From the NCBI GenBank assembly GCA_965248435.1, contig OZ252100.1, forward strand, positions 736,001 to 800,000: DNA of 64,000 nucleotides. Reading direction: 5' to 3'. A program made the translations under genes and the position numbers. Below the pieces are notes generated by a model. The model was not told the DNA's origin. It ran no database searches and worked only from the letters and a program-made list of their open reading frames with translations. Shown piece after piece: positions 20,061 to 31,198 of the stretch. This DNA is from Candidatus Latescibacterota bacterium (lineage in GTDB: Bacteria; Latescibacterota; UBA2968; GCA-2709665). The first letter of the stretch is position 1; each line of letters starts with the position of its first letter.

Positions 20061-21521
20061 TTAATACTTGTAATGCTCAGGCTTGTAGGGACCGCCTACG
20101 GGTACCCCGATATAATCGGCCTGGTCCCTTGTGAGCTCGGTCAGCTTCACGCCCAGTTTTTCCAGGTGCAGGCGCGCAACCTCTTCGTCCAGCTTCTTTG
20201 GCAGTCTGTAGACGTTCACTTCCCTGGCCGTGCTCCACAGATCCATCTGGGCAAGGACCTGATTCGTGAACGAAGCCGACATCACGAAGGATGGATGTCC
20301 CGTTGCGCACCCGAGGTTCACCAGACGTCCTTCGGCGAGAAGGTAGATCGAGTTCCCCTTGGGAAACGTATACTTGTCGACCTGTGGTTTGATGTTTAGG
20401 TGTTCGATCCCCGGATGCGTGACCAGCTTGTCGACCTGGATCTCGTTGTCAAAATGGCCGATGTTGCAGACGATCGACTGATCCAGCATTTTCTCCATAT
20501 GCTCCACGCGAATGATATCGCGGTTTCCCGTGGTTGTCACGTATATGTTCGCCTCACTGAGCGCGTTCTCCAAGGTCGTCACTTCCAGACCTTCCATGGC
20601 AGCCTGCAGCGCACAGATCGGATCCACTTCCGTGACAAGGATGCGGGCACCCATTCCGCGCATCGACTGTGCGCACCCCTTTCCGACGTCTCCATAGCCA
20701 CAGACGCAAACGACCTTCCCGGCGAGCATGACATCCGTGGCCCGCTTGATTCCATCTGCCAGGGACTCCCTGCATCCATACAGGTTGTCAAACTTCGATT
20801 TTGTCACGGAGTCGTTCACGTTTATCGCCGGAAATAGGAGCGATCCCTCTTCCCTCATTTGGTAGAGACGGTGTACACCCGTTGTGGTCTCCTCCGAAAC
20901 CCCCCGTATCCCCTTGGCCAGATCGTGCCAGAATTGAGGATCCCTTTCCAGCTGGCGCCGCAAGACCGTATCGATAACGCCCTGTTCCCTGTTCTCTGTC
21001 GGACCTTCCAGGATCGTCGGGTCATCTTCAACCTGGTATCCGCGGTGTATAAGCAGCGTGGCGTCCCCTCCATCGTCCACGATCAGATCCGGGCCCTCCT
21101 TGCCCGGGAAACTCAGCGCCTGGAGCGTGCACTCCCAGTACTCTTCGAGCGATTCACCCTTCCAGGCAAAGACCGGCGTACCTCCGGGTCGCCACGATGT
21201 TTCCGCTGCGATGGCCGCTGCGGCGTGGTCCTGCGTCGAGAAGATGTTGCACGAGGCCCATCGGACATCTGCGCCCATGGCCTGAAGGGTCTCGATCAGC
21301 ACGGCCGTCTGCACGGTCATATGAAGAGAACCGGTGATCCGGGCACCCTTCAGCGGCTTCTTATCGCCGTGCCTCTCTCGCAGCGACATCAACCCCGGCA
21401 TCTCCTTTTCAGCGATCGTAATCTCCTTGCGACCGAATTCCGCGTCAGAGATGTCGGCAACCTTGTGGCTCAGCCGGGAGTAATCTGGAATCAAAATTTC
21501 TGTAACAGGGTTCTGCGCCAT
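20061..21521 (-). CDS. ahcY: Adenosylhomocysteinase
   Basis: [61 protein letters not shown]. Confidence 0.98.
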   Translation of the reverse strand: MAQNPVTEILIPDYSRLSHKVADISDAEFGRKEITIAEKEMPGLMSLRERHGDKKPLKGARITGSLHMTVQTAVLIETLQAMGADVRWASCNIFSTQDHAAAAIAAETSWRPGGTPVFAWKGESLEEYWECTLQALSFPGKEGPDLIVDDGGDATLLIHRGYQVEDDPTILEGPTENREQGVIDTVLRRQLERDPQFWHDLAKGIRGVSEETTTGVHRLYQMREEGSLLFPAINVNDSVTKSKFDNLYGCRESLADGIKRATDVMLAGKVVCVCGYGDVGKGCAQSMRGMGARILVTEVDPICALQAAMEGLEVTTLENALSEANIYVTTTGNRDIIRVEHMEKMLDQSIVCNIGHFDNEIQVDKLVTHPGIEHLNIKPQVDKYTFPKGNSIYLLAEGRLVNLGCATGHPSFVMSASFTNQVLAQMDLWSTAREVNVYRLPKKLDEEVARLHLEKLGVKLTELTRDQADYIGVPVGGPYKPEHYKY

Positions 21522-21540
21522 GCTTTTTCCTTTCTCAGGT

Positions 21541-22710
21541 TTACATTCCGAGGCGCTTGGCGGCACGGCGAAGTGCCTCGGCCTTGTCTGTCTTTTCCCA
21601 CGTGAAAGCAGCGCCCTTTCGGCCGAAATGTCCGTATGCGGCCGTCTGCTCGTATATGGGGCGCAGCAATTCCAGCGACTGGATAATCGCCCTGGGCGTG
21701 AGCTTGAAATGCCTGCGGATAAGGTCCGAAATCACCTCACCCTCCAGCTTTCCCGTCCCGAACGTGTCTACGGAAATCGAGACCGGCTCAGCCAAACCGA
21801 TTGCGTAGGCCAGCTGAACTTCACACCGGTCGGCGAGCCCGGCCTTTACGACATTCTTGGCCACGTAACGCGCTGCGTAATTCGCGCTCCGATCCACTTT
21901 TGACGGATCCTTGCCCGAGAAGGCGCCACCCCCGTGTCGCCCCATTCCGCCATACGTGTCCACGATGATCTTCCGGCCCGTAAGCCCGGTGTCTCCACAG
22001 GGTCCCCCAACCACGAAGCGTCCGGTAGGATTCACGTGGTAGATCGTATCCTTGTCCAGATAACGGCTGGGGACAACTGACTTGACCACCTGCTTCATCA
22101 GGTCACTGGTGATCTTTTTGTGGGTCGCCTTCGGATCGTGCTGGGTCGACAGGACCACCGTGTGCACGCGCAGGGGCTTGCTGTCGTTGTACTCTACGGT
22201 AACTTGCGACTTGCTGTCGGGTCGAAGGTAGGGCAGTGTGCCCCGCTTCCGCAGGCTGGCCAGCCGCTGAACCATCTTGTGGGCCATCATAATCGGCATT
22301 GGCATCAGTTCGGGGGTTTCGCGGCAGGCATAGCCGAACATCATCCCCTGGTCCCCGGCCCCCTGCTCGGCGTGCAGCCCCTGGCCCTGGGTCACCCCCT
22401 GGGAGATGTCGGGTGACTGGCGGTCGAGTGTGACCATCACGCCGCAGGAGCGATAGTCAAACCCGTAGTCCGGATCTGTATAGCCGATCTTTTTCACGGT
22501 CTTCCTGACCAGTCCCGCAATATCGACGCTGGCCCGGCTGGTCACCTCGCCTGAAACGATCACCTGTCCCGTCGTGACGAGCGTCTCGCAGGCAACACGA
22601 GACTTGAGATCCTGCTGAAGCATCGCATCCAATACGGCATCCGAAATCTGGTCAGAGATCTTGTCTGGATGCCCTTCCGAAACGGACTCAGAGGTGAAGA
22701 GATGTCGCAT
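21541..22710 (-). CDS. metK: S-adenosylmethionine synthetase
   Basis: [35 protein letters not shown]. Confidence 0.98.
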   Translation of the reverse strand: MRHLFTSESVSEGHPDKISDQISDAVLDAMLQQDLKSRVACETLVTTGQVIVSGEVTSRASVDIAGLVRKTVKKIGYTDPDYGFDYRSCGVMVTLDRQSPDISQGVTQGQGLHAEQGAGDQGMMFGYACRETPELMPMPIMMAHKMVQRLASLRKRGTLPYLRPDSKSQVTVEYNDSKPLRVHTVVLSTQHDPKATHKKITSDLMKQVVKSVVPSRYLDKDTIYHVNPTGRFVVGGPCGDTGLTGRKIIVDTYGGMGRHGGGAFSGKDPSKVDRSANYAARYVAKNVVKAGLADRCEVQLAYAIGLAEPVSISVDTFGTGKLEGEVISDLIRRHFKLTPRAIIQSLELLRPIYEQTAAYGHFGRKGAAFTWEKTDKAEALRRAAKRLGM

Positions 22711-22794
22711 CTACTTGAGTTCCCCTCCTGATTGAAAACCTGAACCTGACGGCCAACCCAAACCACGCTCGACTTCCTAGCTCACGCATTCACA

Positions 22795-23772
22795 TCACGA
22801 TGATTCAGCAACATTCAGCCCGCGGGAATCAGACTCGACCTTCGTATTCTTGCCGACGAGCGATTCCTCCAGATCACACCCCGTGACCTCGGCCCGATCG
22901 CCGATGATCGAATTCCGGATGTGGGCGTCGGTGATCCTCGCCCGTTCACCCACGGATACGTAGGGCCCCAAAACGGAGTTCTCCAGGATAGCAGATTCTG
23001 AAATGAAGACAGGAGGCTTCAGAATGGCCCCTTCCGAAGGTGAGGGTGGCGGAAGCCGGTCCAGCAGGTACCGGTTCGTTTCCAGCAGCGTCTCCGGTGT
23101 CCCGCAATCGAACCACTTTTCCACGATGAACGTCTCCAGGTGGGCGCCTTCGGCAACCATTTCGTTGAACCCATCCGTAAGTTGATACTCACCTCGAGTC
23201 CTGACTCCGTCCTTGATCAGTCTTTCCAGACTCGAGAAAAGCAGCCTACTGTTCCGAATCAGGTTAATGCCCGCGATGGCGATGTCGGAGACGAAGGTTT
23301 CCGGTTTCTCGACCAGCCGAACGATTCGGTTTCCGTCCAGCTCGACCACACCGAACCGCCTCGGATCATCCACGCTGCGGACGCCAATCACGCCGTCCGC
23401 AGCGGTCTGCACGGCGCCGGACAGGTCAGCCTCGAAGACCGTGTCGCCATAAACGATCAGAAGGAAATCACCGTCCGCCAATTCCCGCGTCAAATATACG
23501 GCGTGTCCGAGACCCAACTGCTCGGTCTGCCGGATCGCCGCGATTTCGCAATCCCCATAATGATGCTCGGCGAACTCGACGATCTGTTCGCCGAGGTGGC
23601 CGACCACGAGCGCCAGTTTGCGAATCCCAACCCGGATGACCTCGTCCAGGATGTGCCCGAGAATGGGCTTTCCAGCGACGGGCAGCAGGGCCTTTGGCGT
23701 TGTGTGGGTTTGAGGGCGCAGACGGGTGCCCTCACCGGCCACCGGAATGATCGCCCAGCCGTCTGCGATCAC
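22795..23772 (-). CDS. Sugar-phosphate nucleotidyltransferase (glucose-1-phosphate thymidylyltransferase long form-like)
   Basis: IIPVAGEGTRLRP..PKALLPVAGKP, WFDCG and a C-terminal hexapeptide region. The GTG start overlaps the ptsI stop (GTGA). Confidence 0.85.
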   Translation of the reverse strand: MIADGWAIIPVAGEGTRLRPQTHTTPKALLPVAGKPILGHILDEVIRVGIRKLALVVGHLGEQIVEFAEHHYGDCEIAAIRQTEQLGLGHAVYLTRELADGDFLLIVYGDTVFEADLSGAVQTAADGVIGVRSVDDPRRFGVVELDGNRIVRLVEKPETFVSDIAIAGINLIRNSRLLFSSLERLIKDGVRTRGEYQLTDGFNEMVAEGAHLETFIVEKWFDCGTPETLLETNRYLLDRLPPPSPSEGAILKPPVFISESAILENSVLGPYVSVGERARITDAHIRNSIIGDRAEVTGCDLEESLVGKNTKVESDSRGLNVAESS

Positions 23773-25586
23773 ACGCCCTCCCCCTGGAGGCCCTCCCGAG
23801 TGGCCCCCACCGGTTCTGCCCCTCCGCCTATCTCCTGTGCAACAGCAAGCTCTGCTGTTCGTAGAACATCGACAGGCATGGTTTCCTGTAGGAAATTCCA
23901 GATATCCTCTCGAGTCTTGAGGGACAGCACGTGATCGGCCAGCTGCCTGGCCTGATCCATCGTCACAGATCGAATCGCGTGCTTGACGCCCGGCAGCGCT
24001 CTCGGGCCCATGCTGAAACCGTCCACGCCCAGTCCAAGCAGAAGGATGCTGCTCCACGGGTCACCGGCCATCTCGCCACACAAGGTCACAGGGATGCCCT
24101 GGAGATGCCCCACATCAACGACGCTTTTGATCAACCGGAGCACGGCCGGGTGGTAGGGATCAAAGAGGTAGGCCACTCGCTCGTTGCCTCGGTCCACCGC
24201 GACCGTATACTGAATCAGATCATTCGTCCCGATGCTGAAGAAGTCCACCTCTTCCGCCAGCTGGTCGGCCACGATGGCTGCGGCCGGCACCTCGACCATC
24301 ACTCCCACAGGACAGTCTTCATCAAACGGAATGCCTTTAGACCTGAGTTCTGATCGGGCCTCTTCGAGCACCTCGTTCGCCTCGATCACCTCTTCGACGC
24401 TGGAAATCATCGGATGCATGATCCGAATGTTCCCGCTTACGGTGGATCGGAGGATGGCCCGCAGCTGAGCCCGAAACACGTCCTTGTTGGCGAGGGAGAC
24501 GCGAATGGCACGCCACCCCAGAAACGGATTGGTCTCGGACCCGTGGGCGTTCAAAGGCAGTTTGTCTCCACCCAGATCGAGGGTCCTGATCACGAGAGGT
24601 TGCGGCGCCACCCGCTCGGCCAGGCGGGAATAGGCTTCGATCTGTGCTTCCTCGGAGGGTAGTTCCTCACTGGCGAGATACAGATACTCCGTGCGGTAGA
24701 GACCGATCCCCTCTGCGCCATAGGCGATCGCGGATTCGATCTCCTCCGGCAGTTCGATATTCGCCTGCAGGCTGACTCTGACCCCATCCCGGGTTTCCGC
24801 TGAAAGATCCTTCGACGCGGAGAGGTCCTTCTCGTGCTCCTGAAATCGCTCCGCTTCCCCTTGATATCGCTCCAGCGTCTCGGGATCCGGGTCGATGAAC
24901 ACCAGCCCCCTCCCCCCGTCCACGATCGTCAATCCGCCGGGCTCCGCCGATGCAATGGCAGCGTCGACGCCCAGCACGGCCGGGATTCCGAGCCCGCGGG
25001 CGATGATGGCCGCGTGAGACGTCGTTCCGCCGACTTCCGTCACCAGGGCCAGCACGTCTCCTCGCTGCATGTGAGCCGTATCCGACGGCGTGAGGTCGTG
25101 AGCGAACACGATGGAGTCCGGGTTCAGCTGTTCCAGCGACGCGTCTTCGTGTTGACACAGCTTGGCCAGGACCCGTCTCTCGATATCCAGAATGTCGGCC
25201 TTCCTCGCCCGAAAATATTCGTCTTCGATCGCGTCGAACTGATGGCGTAACTTTTGAAGCGTCTGCCAGAAGGCGTACTCTGCTGTTGCTCGCTCCTCGC
25301 GAATCAGCTTCACCGTCGGATCTTTCAGTGCTACGTCTTGCAGGATCAGCAGATGTGCGTCGAAAATCTGTGCGTAGTCCGCGCCCAGCTTTTCGGCCAC
25401 CTGCTTCCGCAGCAGTTGGACGTCTCTGGCCGCTTCCTCGAGCGTAGCGAGATACCGCTCGACCTCCGCCTCCACCTCACCACCCGAGATCCTGCGGTAG
25501 TCGAGCCAGGGATCGTCCGGGTCGTGAAGGTAGGCAGCACCGATGGCGATGCCGGGTGAGCCCTGTATGCCGGTAAGTTTTCTCAT
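23769..25586 (-). CDS. ptsI: PTS enzyme I (PEP-protein phosphotransferase)
   Basis: GGTTSHAAIIAR phospho-His motif, GIGLYRTEY, DFFSIGTNDLIQY, LCGEMAGD. Confidence 0.96.
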   Translation of the reverse strand: MRKLTGIQGSPGIAIGAAYLHDPDDPWLDYRRISGGEVEAEVERYLATLEEAARDVQLLRKQVAEKLGADYAQIFDAHLLILQDVALKDPTVKLIREERATAEYAFWQTLQKLRHQFDAIEDEYFRARKADILDIERRVLAKLCQHEDASLEQLNPDSIVFAHDLTPSDTAHMQRGDVLALVTEVGGTTSHAAIIARGLGIPAVLGVDAAIASAEPGGLTIVDGGRGLVFIDPDPETLERYQGEAERFQEHEKDLSASKDLSAETRDGVRVSLQANIELPEEIESAIAYGAEGIGLYRTEYLYLASEELPSEEAQIEAYSRLAERVAPQPLVIRTLDLGGDKLPLNAHGSETNPFLGWRAIRVSLANKDVFRAQLRAILRSTVSGNIRIMHPMISSVEEVIEANEVLEEARSELRSKGIPFDEDCPVGVMVEVPAAAIVADQLAEEVDFFSIGTNDLIQYTVAVDRGNERVAYLFDPYHPAVLRLIKSVVDVGHLQGIPVTLCGEMAGDPWSSILLLGLGVDGFSMGPRALPGVKHAIRSVTMDQARQLADHVLSLKTREDIWNFLQETMPVDVLRTAELAVAQEIGGGAEPVGATREGLQGEGV

Positions 25587-25626
25587 CGTTTCGATTCTAA
25601 CGGCTTCATATGAAGAAGCCATCTAG

Positions 25627-25708
25627 GACCACGGACCGCAGACCACAGACCGCCAAATCTAAAACCTATTTCATCCGGCGGTCTGCCGTCGGTGGTCCGC
25701 CGTCTGCC
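25627..25708. repeat. Inverted pair of heptamer tandem arrays (GACCRCA-type) in the ptsH-ptsI spacer
   Basis: GACCACG GACCGCA GACCACA GACCGCC - 22 nt - GGCGGTC TGCCGTC GGTGGTC CGCCGTC. Confidence 0.85.
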
Positions 25709-25709
25709 T

Positions 25710-25985
25710 TCAGGCCATCCCATCCTCAAATACGCCCTCGATCACACCCACCACTTTGTCTGCGGCCGCTTCCTCATCTTCGCCTTCGGTCCTAACGAGG
25801 ATCGTCGAGCCCTGTTCGGCGGCCAGCATCATCACGCCCATAATGCTCTTCCCGTTGATCTCGAGTCCATCCTTAACGAGTAGGATCTCGCACTTGAACG
25901 TTGCGGCGGCCTTGACCAAAAGGGCCGCGGGACGGGCGTGAATTCCCAGTCTGTTTTTTACGGCCGCATTCCGTTCCACCATCAA
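25710..25985 (-). CDS. ptsH: Phosphocarrier protein HPr
   Basis: GIHARPAA and NGKSIMGVMMLAA motifs. Confidence 0.96.
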   Translation of the reverse strand: MMVERNAAVKNRLGIHARPAALLVKAAATFKCEILLVKDGLEINGKSIMGVMMLAAEQGSTILVRTEGEDEEAAADKVVGVIEGVFEDGMA

Positions 25986-26021
25986 ACGGTCCTGGAGATA
26001 TCGATTTCGGCGATTCCCGAC

Positions 26022-26768
26022 CTATGAAGCCGAGTGAATGGCGTCTGCAAACGCCAGCGCGAGTGAGGCCTCACGCTGGTCCTCCAGGGCGCTCCCAATC
26101 ACGACAAATGATGCCCCCGCCGCCACCTTCGACGCCGCATCCTCCGGGCGACGAATACCTCCCCCAACGATCCTGGGAATAGAGATGTAGTCCCTTACGG
26201 CCTGAATCATCTCTTCGGGCACCATTTGTTCCGCGCCACTTCCTGCATCCAGGTAGACGCACTGCATTCCCAGGTATTCCGCGGCCAATGCGTGCGCCAT
26301 CGCGATGTCTGGCTTATCCCGCGGAACCGGCTTTGTGTTGCTTATGTATTCCACGGTCGTCTGTCTTCCGGAGTCGACCAGGATGTAACCGGTTGAAATC
26401 GGCTCCAGCCCGTAGGCCTTCAGAACCGGCGCCGCCCTCACGTGCTGCCCGATCAACAGTTCCGGATTCCGTCCACTGATCATAGAGAGAAAGAAGATCG
26501 CGTCAGCGGACGAAGAGATCTGGTTGGAGCCCGCGCCGAAGATGATGACGGGGACTTGAACGGTATGCTTGATGAGGCGGATCATCCGGTCGAATTCTGT
26601 CGAGACCAGGAAACTCCCACCGACGAGGATGGCATCAGCACCGCACTCCTCGAAGGTTGCCGCCGCCCGGACCAGATCTTCCTTGTCTGAGTGGTCCGGG
26701 TCCAACAGCACGAAGAATCCCGCTCCGCGCGCCTCACGAACGTCCATGAGTTTTTGAAAGACCGACAA
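26022..26768 (-). CDS. Geranylgeranylglyceryl phosphate synthase family (group II-like)
   Basis: LLDPD, DAILVGGS, ADAIFFLSMISGRNP, YLDAGSGA, VGGGIR. Confidence 0.9.
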   Translation of the reverse strand: MSVFQKLMDVREARGAGFFVLLDPDHSDKEDLVRAAATFEECGADAILVGGSFLVSTEFDRMIRLIKHTVQVPVIIFGAGSNQISSSADAIFFLSMISGRNPELLIGQHVRAAPVLKAYGLEPISTGYILVDSGRQTTVEYISNTKPVPRDKPDIAMAHALAAEYLGMQCVYLDAGSGAEQMVPEEMIQAVRDYISIPRIVGGGIRRPEDAASKVAAGASFVVIGSALEDQREASLALAFADAIHSAS

Positions 26769-26773
26769 GAAGC

Positions 26774-29383
26774 CTACCTCCCTTCCAGGTGCGACCTCAC
26801 AATGTCTTTCACCGCGGCCAGCGCCTCGTCCATCCTCTCGGGATGCTTTCCACCCGCCTGAGCCAGGTGTGGTTTTCCGCCTCCACCGCCCCCGACGATC
26901 TTGGCCACATCCTTCAGCACGGCCCCTGCCTCTACCCCCCGCTTCACCAGGTCATCCGTGACGACTGCGATCAGGTTCGCCTTGCCGTTCATCGTCGCAC
27001 CCAACACACCCACACCGGTCCCCAGGCCATCCCGAAGACGATCGGCCATCTCCCGGAAGCCCTCCATATCCTGAGGCTCCGCTTTCGCGGCGACCACGCG
27101 AACGCCTTCGACTTCGAAGGCACGGTGGACCAGATCTTCCATCTCTGACCCTGCCTGATCGCGGCGCAACCCGTGCAGCTCACGTTCCAGTTCCCGATTC
27201 CGAGAGATCAGATCCGACACTTTCTCCGGCAGATCGGGGACCGGCGCGTTCATCAGTCTCTCGAGCTCCGAGAGTGTCTTCCGCTCACGACGCAGCAGAC
27301 GCTCCGCCTCTCTCCCGGTGAGGGCCTCTATTCGCCTCACACCCGCAGCCGTCCCCGTCTCTGCGGTCAGCTGGAGGAGTCCGATCTGACCTGTGGATGT
27401 GACGTGTGTTCCCCCACAAAGCTCCAGGCTCACCTCACCGATTCTGACGGTTCTGACGACATCCCCGTACTTTTCGGTAAACAGCATGGTGGCCCCCATC
27501 TCACGCGCCTTGTCCAGCGTTACGTGCGAGATATCCACTGCCAGATCTGCGCGGATGGATTCGTTCACGATGACCTCGATCTCCTCTTTTTGAGCCAAAT
27601 CCAGGCCATGAAAGTGTGTAAAATCGAACCTGAGGCGATCTGGCGATACGAGAGATCCGGCCTGGTTCACGTGATCTCCGAGCACGCGGCGAAGGGCGGC
27701 GTGAAGCAGGTGTGTCGCGGTATGGTTTCGAGCCGTGTCTGTCCTGCGGTCGCGATCTACCTCGGCCTTCACGGACGCATCCGTTAGGACGTCTTTCCCA
27801 CCGCCTTCCAGTCGCCCCCTGTGAACGACTGCAGAACCCTGCCGAAGCGTGTCATCCACTCTTAATGAAAAGGAATCGTTATAGACCCTGCCAACGTCTC
27901 CAACCTGCCCTCCCGACTCCCCGTAAAATGGCGTGACATCCAGATAGACGTCGATCAACCCATCCGGGCCTGCCTGCGTGGCCACCACGGTTGCCTCCGA
28001 ACTCAGGGTCTCGTAGCCCACAAACTCTGAATGCCTCTCTGGAAGGCCGATCCGATCCTGGGCGACAAAGAGACCGCGTGTTGCCTCGCGCGACCGCGTG
28101 CGCTGTCCGGCCATCTCCCGTTCAAACCCCACTTCATCCACCTCGAGGCCCTTTTCAGACGCCATCAACTGGGTCAGGTCCAGAGGAAATCCGTAGGTGT
28201 CGTAGAGCTGAAAGGCATCGGCCCCGGAAATCCGGCCCCGCCGGCTGACCGATTCGAAGATCTCGATCCCGCGATCCAGCGTCTTTCCAAACCCCTCCTC
28301 CTCCGACTGGATCACCTGGGCGATATGAGGGGCCTGCTTCCGGACCTCTGGAAAGGCGTCCCCCATCGTGTCCGCCAAGGTTTTCGTCAGCCGATAGATG
28401 AAGGGCTCGTGGAGATCCAACGTTCGCCCGTAGCGAGCCGCGCGCCTCAAGATCCGCCGAAGGACGTAGCCCCTCCCCTCGCTCGAAGGAAGGGCGCCGT
28501 CGGCGATCGTGAAGGCAAGCGCGCGAATATGATCGGCGATCACGCGCATGGCCACGCCGCTTTCCTCAGTATATGAGGTTTCGCTTATCTCGCTGATCGT
28601 TTCGATGATGGGCACGAACAGATCTGTATCATAGTTGGAGTCCACGCCCTGAAGGATGGCACTGACCCGCTCGAACCCCATTCCGGTGTCGACGTGACTG
28701 TCCGGGAGGCGGTGGAGGCGGCCGTTCGAGTCCCGGTCGAACTGTATGAAGACCAGGTTCCAGATCTCCGTGTAGTCCGGCCCCTCCAGATCAGGGTTTG
28801 CCGACTGGGCTCCGGGATCCTCCCCAAGGTAATAATGGATCTCTGAGCAGGGACCGCACGGCCCGGTCTCTCCCATCTCCCAGAAGTTGTCTTTCTTTCC
28901 CAGACGGAGAACGCGCTCGGGCCGGATGCCGGTCATCTCGGGCCAGAGGACCTCTGACTCTTCATCCGGATCCAGCCCGTCACCCTCGTGCCCCTCGAAC
29001 ACCGTCGCCCAGAGGCGCTCGTTCGGGAGCTTCCACACATCCGTGAGCAGTTCCCAGGCCCACGCGATGGCCTCCCGCTTGAAATAGTCGCCGAAGGACC
29101 AGTTCCCCAGCATCTCGAAGAAGGTCTGGTGCTTCGTGCTGATTCCCACTTCCTCGAGATCGTTGTGTTTACCCGATACGCGGAGACACTTCTGGGAATC
29201 CACCGCGCGCCGGTAATCTCTGCTCCCGGTCCCCAGAAACACGTCCTTGAACTGGTTCATCCCCGCGTTGATGAAGAGCAGGGTCGGATCGTCTTGAGGA
29301 ACGATGGGTGCACTCGCAACCCGCGCGTGACCCTTTCCTTCGAAGAAACTCAGAAAACCTTCTCGAACTTCGTCTGAGGTCAT
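26774..29383 (-). CDS. alaS: Alanine--tRNA ligase
   Basis: DPTLLFINAGMNQFK, FEMLGNWSFGDYFK, NHTATHLLH, ELCGGTH, GGGGGKP. Confidence 0.98.
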   Translation of the reverse strand: MTSDEVREGFLSFFEGKGHARVASAPIVPQDDPTLLFINAGMNQFKDVFLGTGSRDYRRAVDSQKCLRVSGKHNDLEEVGISTKHQTFFEMLGNWSFGDYFKREAIAWAWELLTDVWKLPNERLWATVFEGHEGDGLDPDEESEVLWPEMTGIRPERVLRLGKKDNFWEMGETGPCGPCSEIHYYLGEDPGAQSANPDLEGPDYTEIWNLVFIQFDRDSNGRLHRLPDSHVDTGMGFERVSAILQGVDSNYDTDLFVPIIETISEISETSYTEESGVAMRVIADHIRALAFTIADGALPSSEGRGYVLRRILRRAARYGRTLDLHEPFIYRLTKTLADTMGDAFPEVRKQAPHIAQVIQSEEEGFGKTLDRGIEIFESVSRRGRISGADAFQLYDTYGFPLDLTQLMASEKGLEVDEVGFEREMAGQRTRSREATRGLFVAQDRIGLPERHSEFVGYETLSSEATVVATQAGPDGLIDVYLDVTPFYGESGGQVGDVGRVYNDSFSLRVDDTLRQGSAVVHRGRLEGGGKDVLTDASVKAEVDRDRRTDTARNHTATHLLHAALRRVLGDHVNQAGSLVSPDRLRFDFTHFHGLDLAQKEEIEVIVNESIRADLAVDISHVTLDKAREMGATMLFTEKYGDVVRTVRIGEVSLELCGGTHVTSTGQIGLLQLTAETGTAAGVRRIEALTGREAERLLRRERKTLSELERLMNAPVPDLPEKVSDLISRNRELERELHGLRRDQAGSEMEDLVHRAFEVEGVRVVAAKAEPQDMEGFREMADRLRDGLGTGVGVLGATMNGKANLIAVVTDDLVKRGVEAGAVLKDVAKIVGGGGGGKPHLAQAGGKHPERMDEALAAVKDIVRSHLEGR

Positions 29384-29419
29384 ATCAATCTCAACCGCGC
29401 TTCGAGCCACGTAGACCTT

Positions 29420-29905
29420 TCAGCGCCTCTCATCGGAGATCTCCGTCCACATCTGATCCGAAGCCCCCCGGGAAATGGAGCCGTCGAAGCCTCTCCGCAC
29501 GAGAAATCCATACATCCGGGATAGCGCCTGCATTCGATCCAACCCTTCGTAACGGCGACGTCTTGATTTCAGCAGGTCGAACGCAACCTCACCCGGATCG
29601 ACGTCAGCCATCATTTCGTCGAGCACCTGACCGACGATCTCCTGTTCCACGCCGCGCCGGGTCAGCTCCCGAAAAAGTCTGGGCCTGCCCATCGGGCGAA
29701 GCCGCATCCGCTCCTGGACCCAGCTTCGAGAAAAGGTCCGATCGTCGATGAGACCGACCTGCTCCAACCTCTGGAGGGCATCCTCGATCGCCTGCTTGCG
29801 GAACTGTCTGCCTCGAAGCTTGCGAACGATCTCACGACGCGTGTAGCTCCGCCTGCCCAGCAGACGCAGGGCGACGTCCTTGGCTTTGTCGACATCGGCT
29901 GTCAT
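29420..29905 (-). CDS. recX: Regulatory protein RecX
   Basis: ALRLLGRRSYTRREI, GLIDDRTF and FLVRRGF motifs; lies immediately downstream of recA. Confidence 0.9.
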   Translation of the reverse strand: MTADVDKAKDVALRLLGRRSYTRREIVRKLRGRQFRKQAIEDALQRLEQVGLIDDRTFSRSWVQERMRLRPMGRPRLFRELTRRGVEQEIVGQVLDEMMADVDPGEVAFDLLKSRRRRYEGLDRMQALSRMYGFLVRRGFDGSISRGASDQMWTEISDERR

Positions 29906-29923
29906 GTAAAACCCGCTATGCTC

Positions 29924-30055
29924 GACCGCGGACGGCTGACCGCGGACAGCTGCTGGAGACAAACAAGCTATTAACGATAGCAGAAAACGAACGACTCAAA
30001 CTCGAAAAATCACGCTGTTCATCCCGCCGTCTGCCGTCTATGGTCTGCAGTCCGC
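29924..30055. repeat. Inverted pair of heptamer tandem arrays in the recA-recX spacer
   Basis: GACCGCG GACGGCT GACCGCG GACAGCT - 73 nt - CGCCGTC TGCCGTC TATGGTC TGCAGTC. Confidence 0.8.
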
Positions 30056-30057
30056 TT

Positions 30058-31104
30058 CTACGCTGTCTCCTCGGCCACCTTGGGGGCCGATTCGTTGGCC
30101 GGCAGGCCGACCGCTTTCCTCACCTCTTCTTCGATGGTCTGGGCAACCTCGGGATTCTCTCTAAAGTACCGCTTCGCGTTCTCTCTACCCTGCCCCAGGC
30201 GATGCTCTCCGTAGGAGAACCACGTCCCGCTCTTGCTGACGATGCCGTGCAGTTCGGCCACGTCCAGGATGCTCCCCTCGCTCGATATCCCTTCCCCGAA
30301 CATCAGGTCGAATTCGGCCTCCTTGAAAGGTGCTGCCATCTTGTTCTTTACGACGCGCACGCGCACGCGATTTCCGAGTATATTCTGGCCTTCCTTGATC
30401 GCACCGATGCGCCGGATGTCCATCCTGACGGAAGAGTAGAACTTCAGGGCATTCCCTCCGCTCGTCGTCTCCGGGTTACCGAACATCACGCCGATCTTCA
30501 TCCGCATCTGGTTCGTGAAAATGACACAGGTCTTCGACTTGTTGATCGAGGACGTCAGCTTTCGCAGCGCCTGCGACATCAGCCGGGCCTGCAGCCCCAT
30601 GTGGGCCTCTCCCATCTCCCCCTCCAGCTCCGCCCTCGGTACAAGCGCCGCGACGGAATCGATGACCACCACGTCGAACGCCCCGCTTCGCACAAGGGTA
30701 TCCGTAATTTCGAGGGCTTCCTCACCGGTGTCCGGCTGAGAAATCAGCAGGTTCTCCAGGTCTACACCGATCCGCTCTGCGAGTTCCACGTTGAGTGCGT
30801 GCTCCGCGTCTACGAATGCCGATACGCCACCGCGCTTCTGTGCCTCGGCAATCACGTGAAGGGCGAGGGTCGTCTTCCCCGACCCCTCGGGCCCGTAGAT
30901 TTCGACCACACGGCCGCGAGGCACCCCCCCGGCACCGAGCGCGATATCCAGCGCGATGGATCCGGTAGGAATCACCGGGACCGGCTCATACCCGGCGTTA
31001 TCGCCGCCCAAACGCATGATGGCCCCCTTGCCAAACTGCTTTTCGATCTGGGTGATGGCCAGTTCCACCGCTCGCTTCTTTCCGTCTACCTCTTGCTTCG
31101 CCAT
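30058..31104 (-). CDS. recA: Recombinase RecA
   Basis: [44 protein letters not shown]. Confidence 0.99.
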   Translation of the reverse strand: MAKQEVDGKKRAVELAITQIEKQFGKGAIMRLGGDNAGYEPVPVIPTGSIALDIALGAGGVPRGRVVEIYGPEGSGKTTLALHVIAEAQKRGGVSAFVDAEHALNVELAERIGVDLENLLISQPDTGEEALEITDTLVRSGAFDVVVIDSVAALVPRAELEGEMGEAHMGLQARLMSQALRKLTSSINKSKTCVIFTNQMRMKIGVMFGNPETTSGGNALKFYSSVRMDIRRIGAIKEGQNILGNRVRVRVVKNKMAAPFKEAEFDLMFGEGISSEGSILDVAELHGIVSKSGTWFSYGEHRLGQGRENAKRYFRENPEVAQTIEEEVRKAVGLPANESAPKVAEETA

Positions 31105-31198
31105 TTCACCGCCCCTCCTCTACAGACGACAATCGAATTGTGTGTTCGTGTTGGCCGGCGGTCAACTCTAACCGGTCAACTTGGGAATTCAGTGTCCA

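Noticed and set aside
22711-22794. SAM/SAH riboswitch upstream of metK-ahcY
   Set aside because: The spacer is short and has no recognisable SAM-I/II or SAH consensus.
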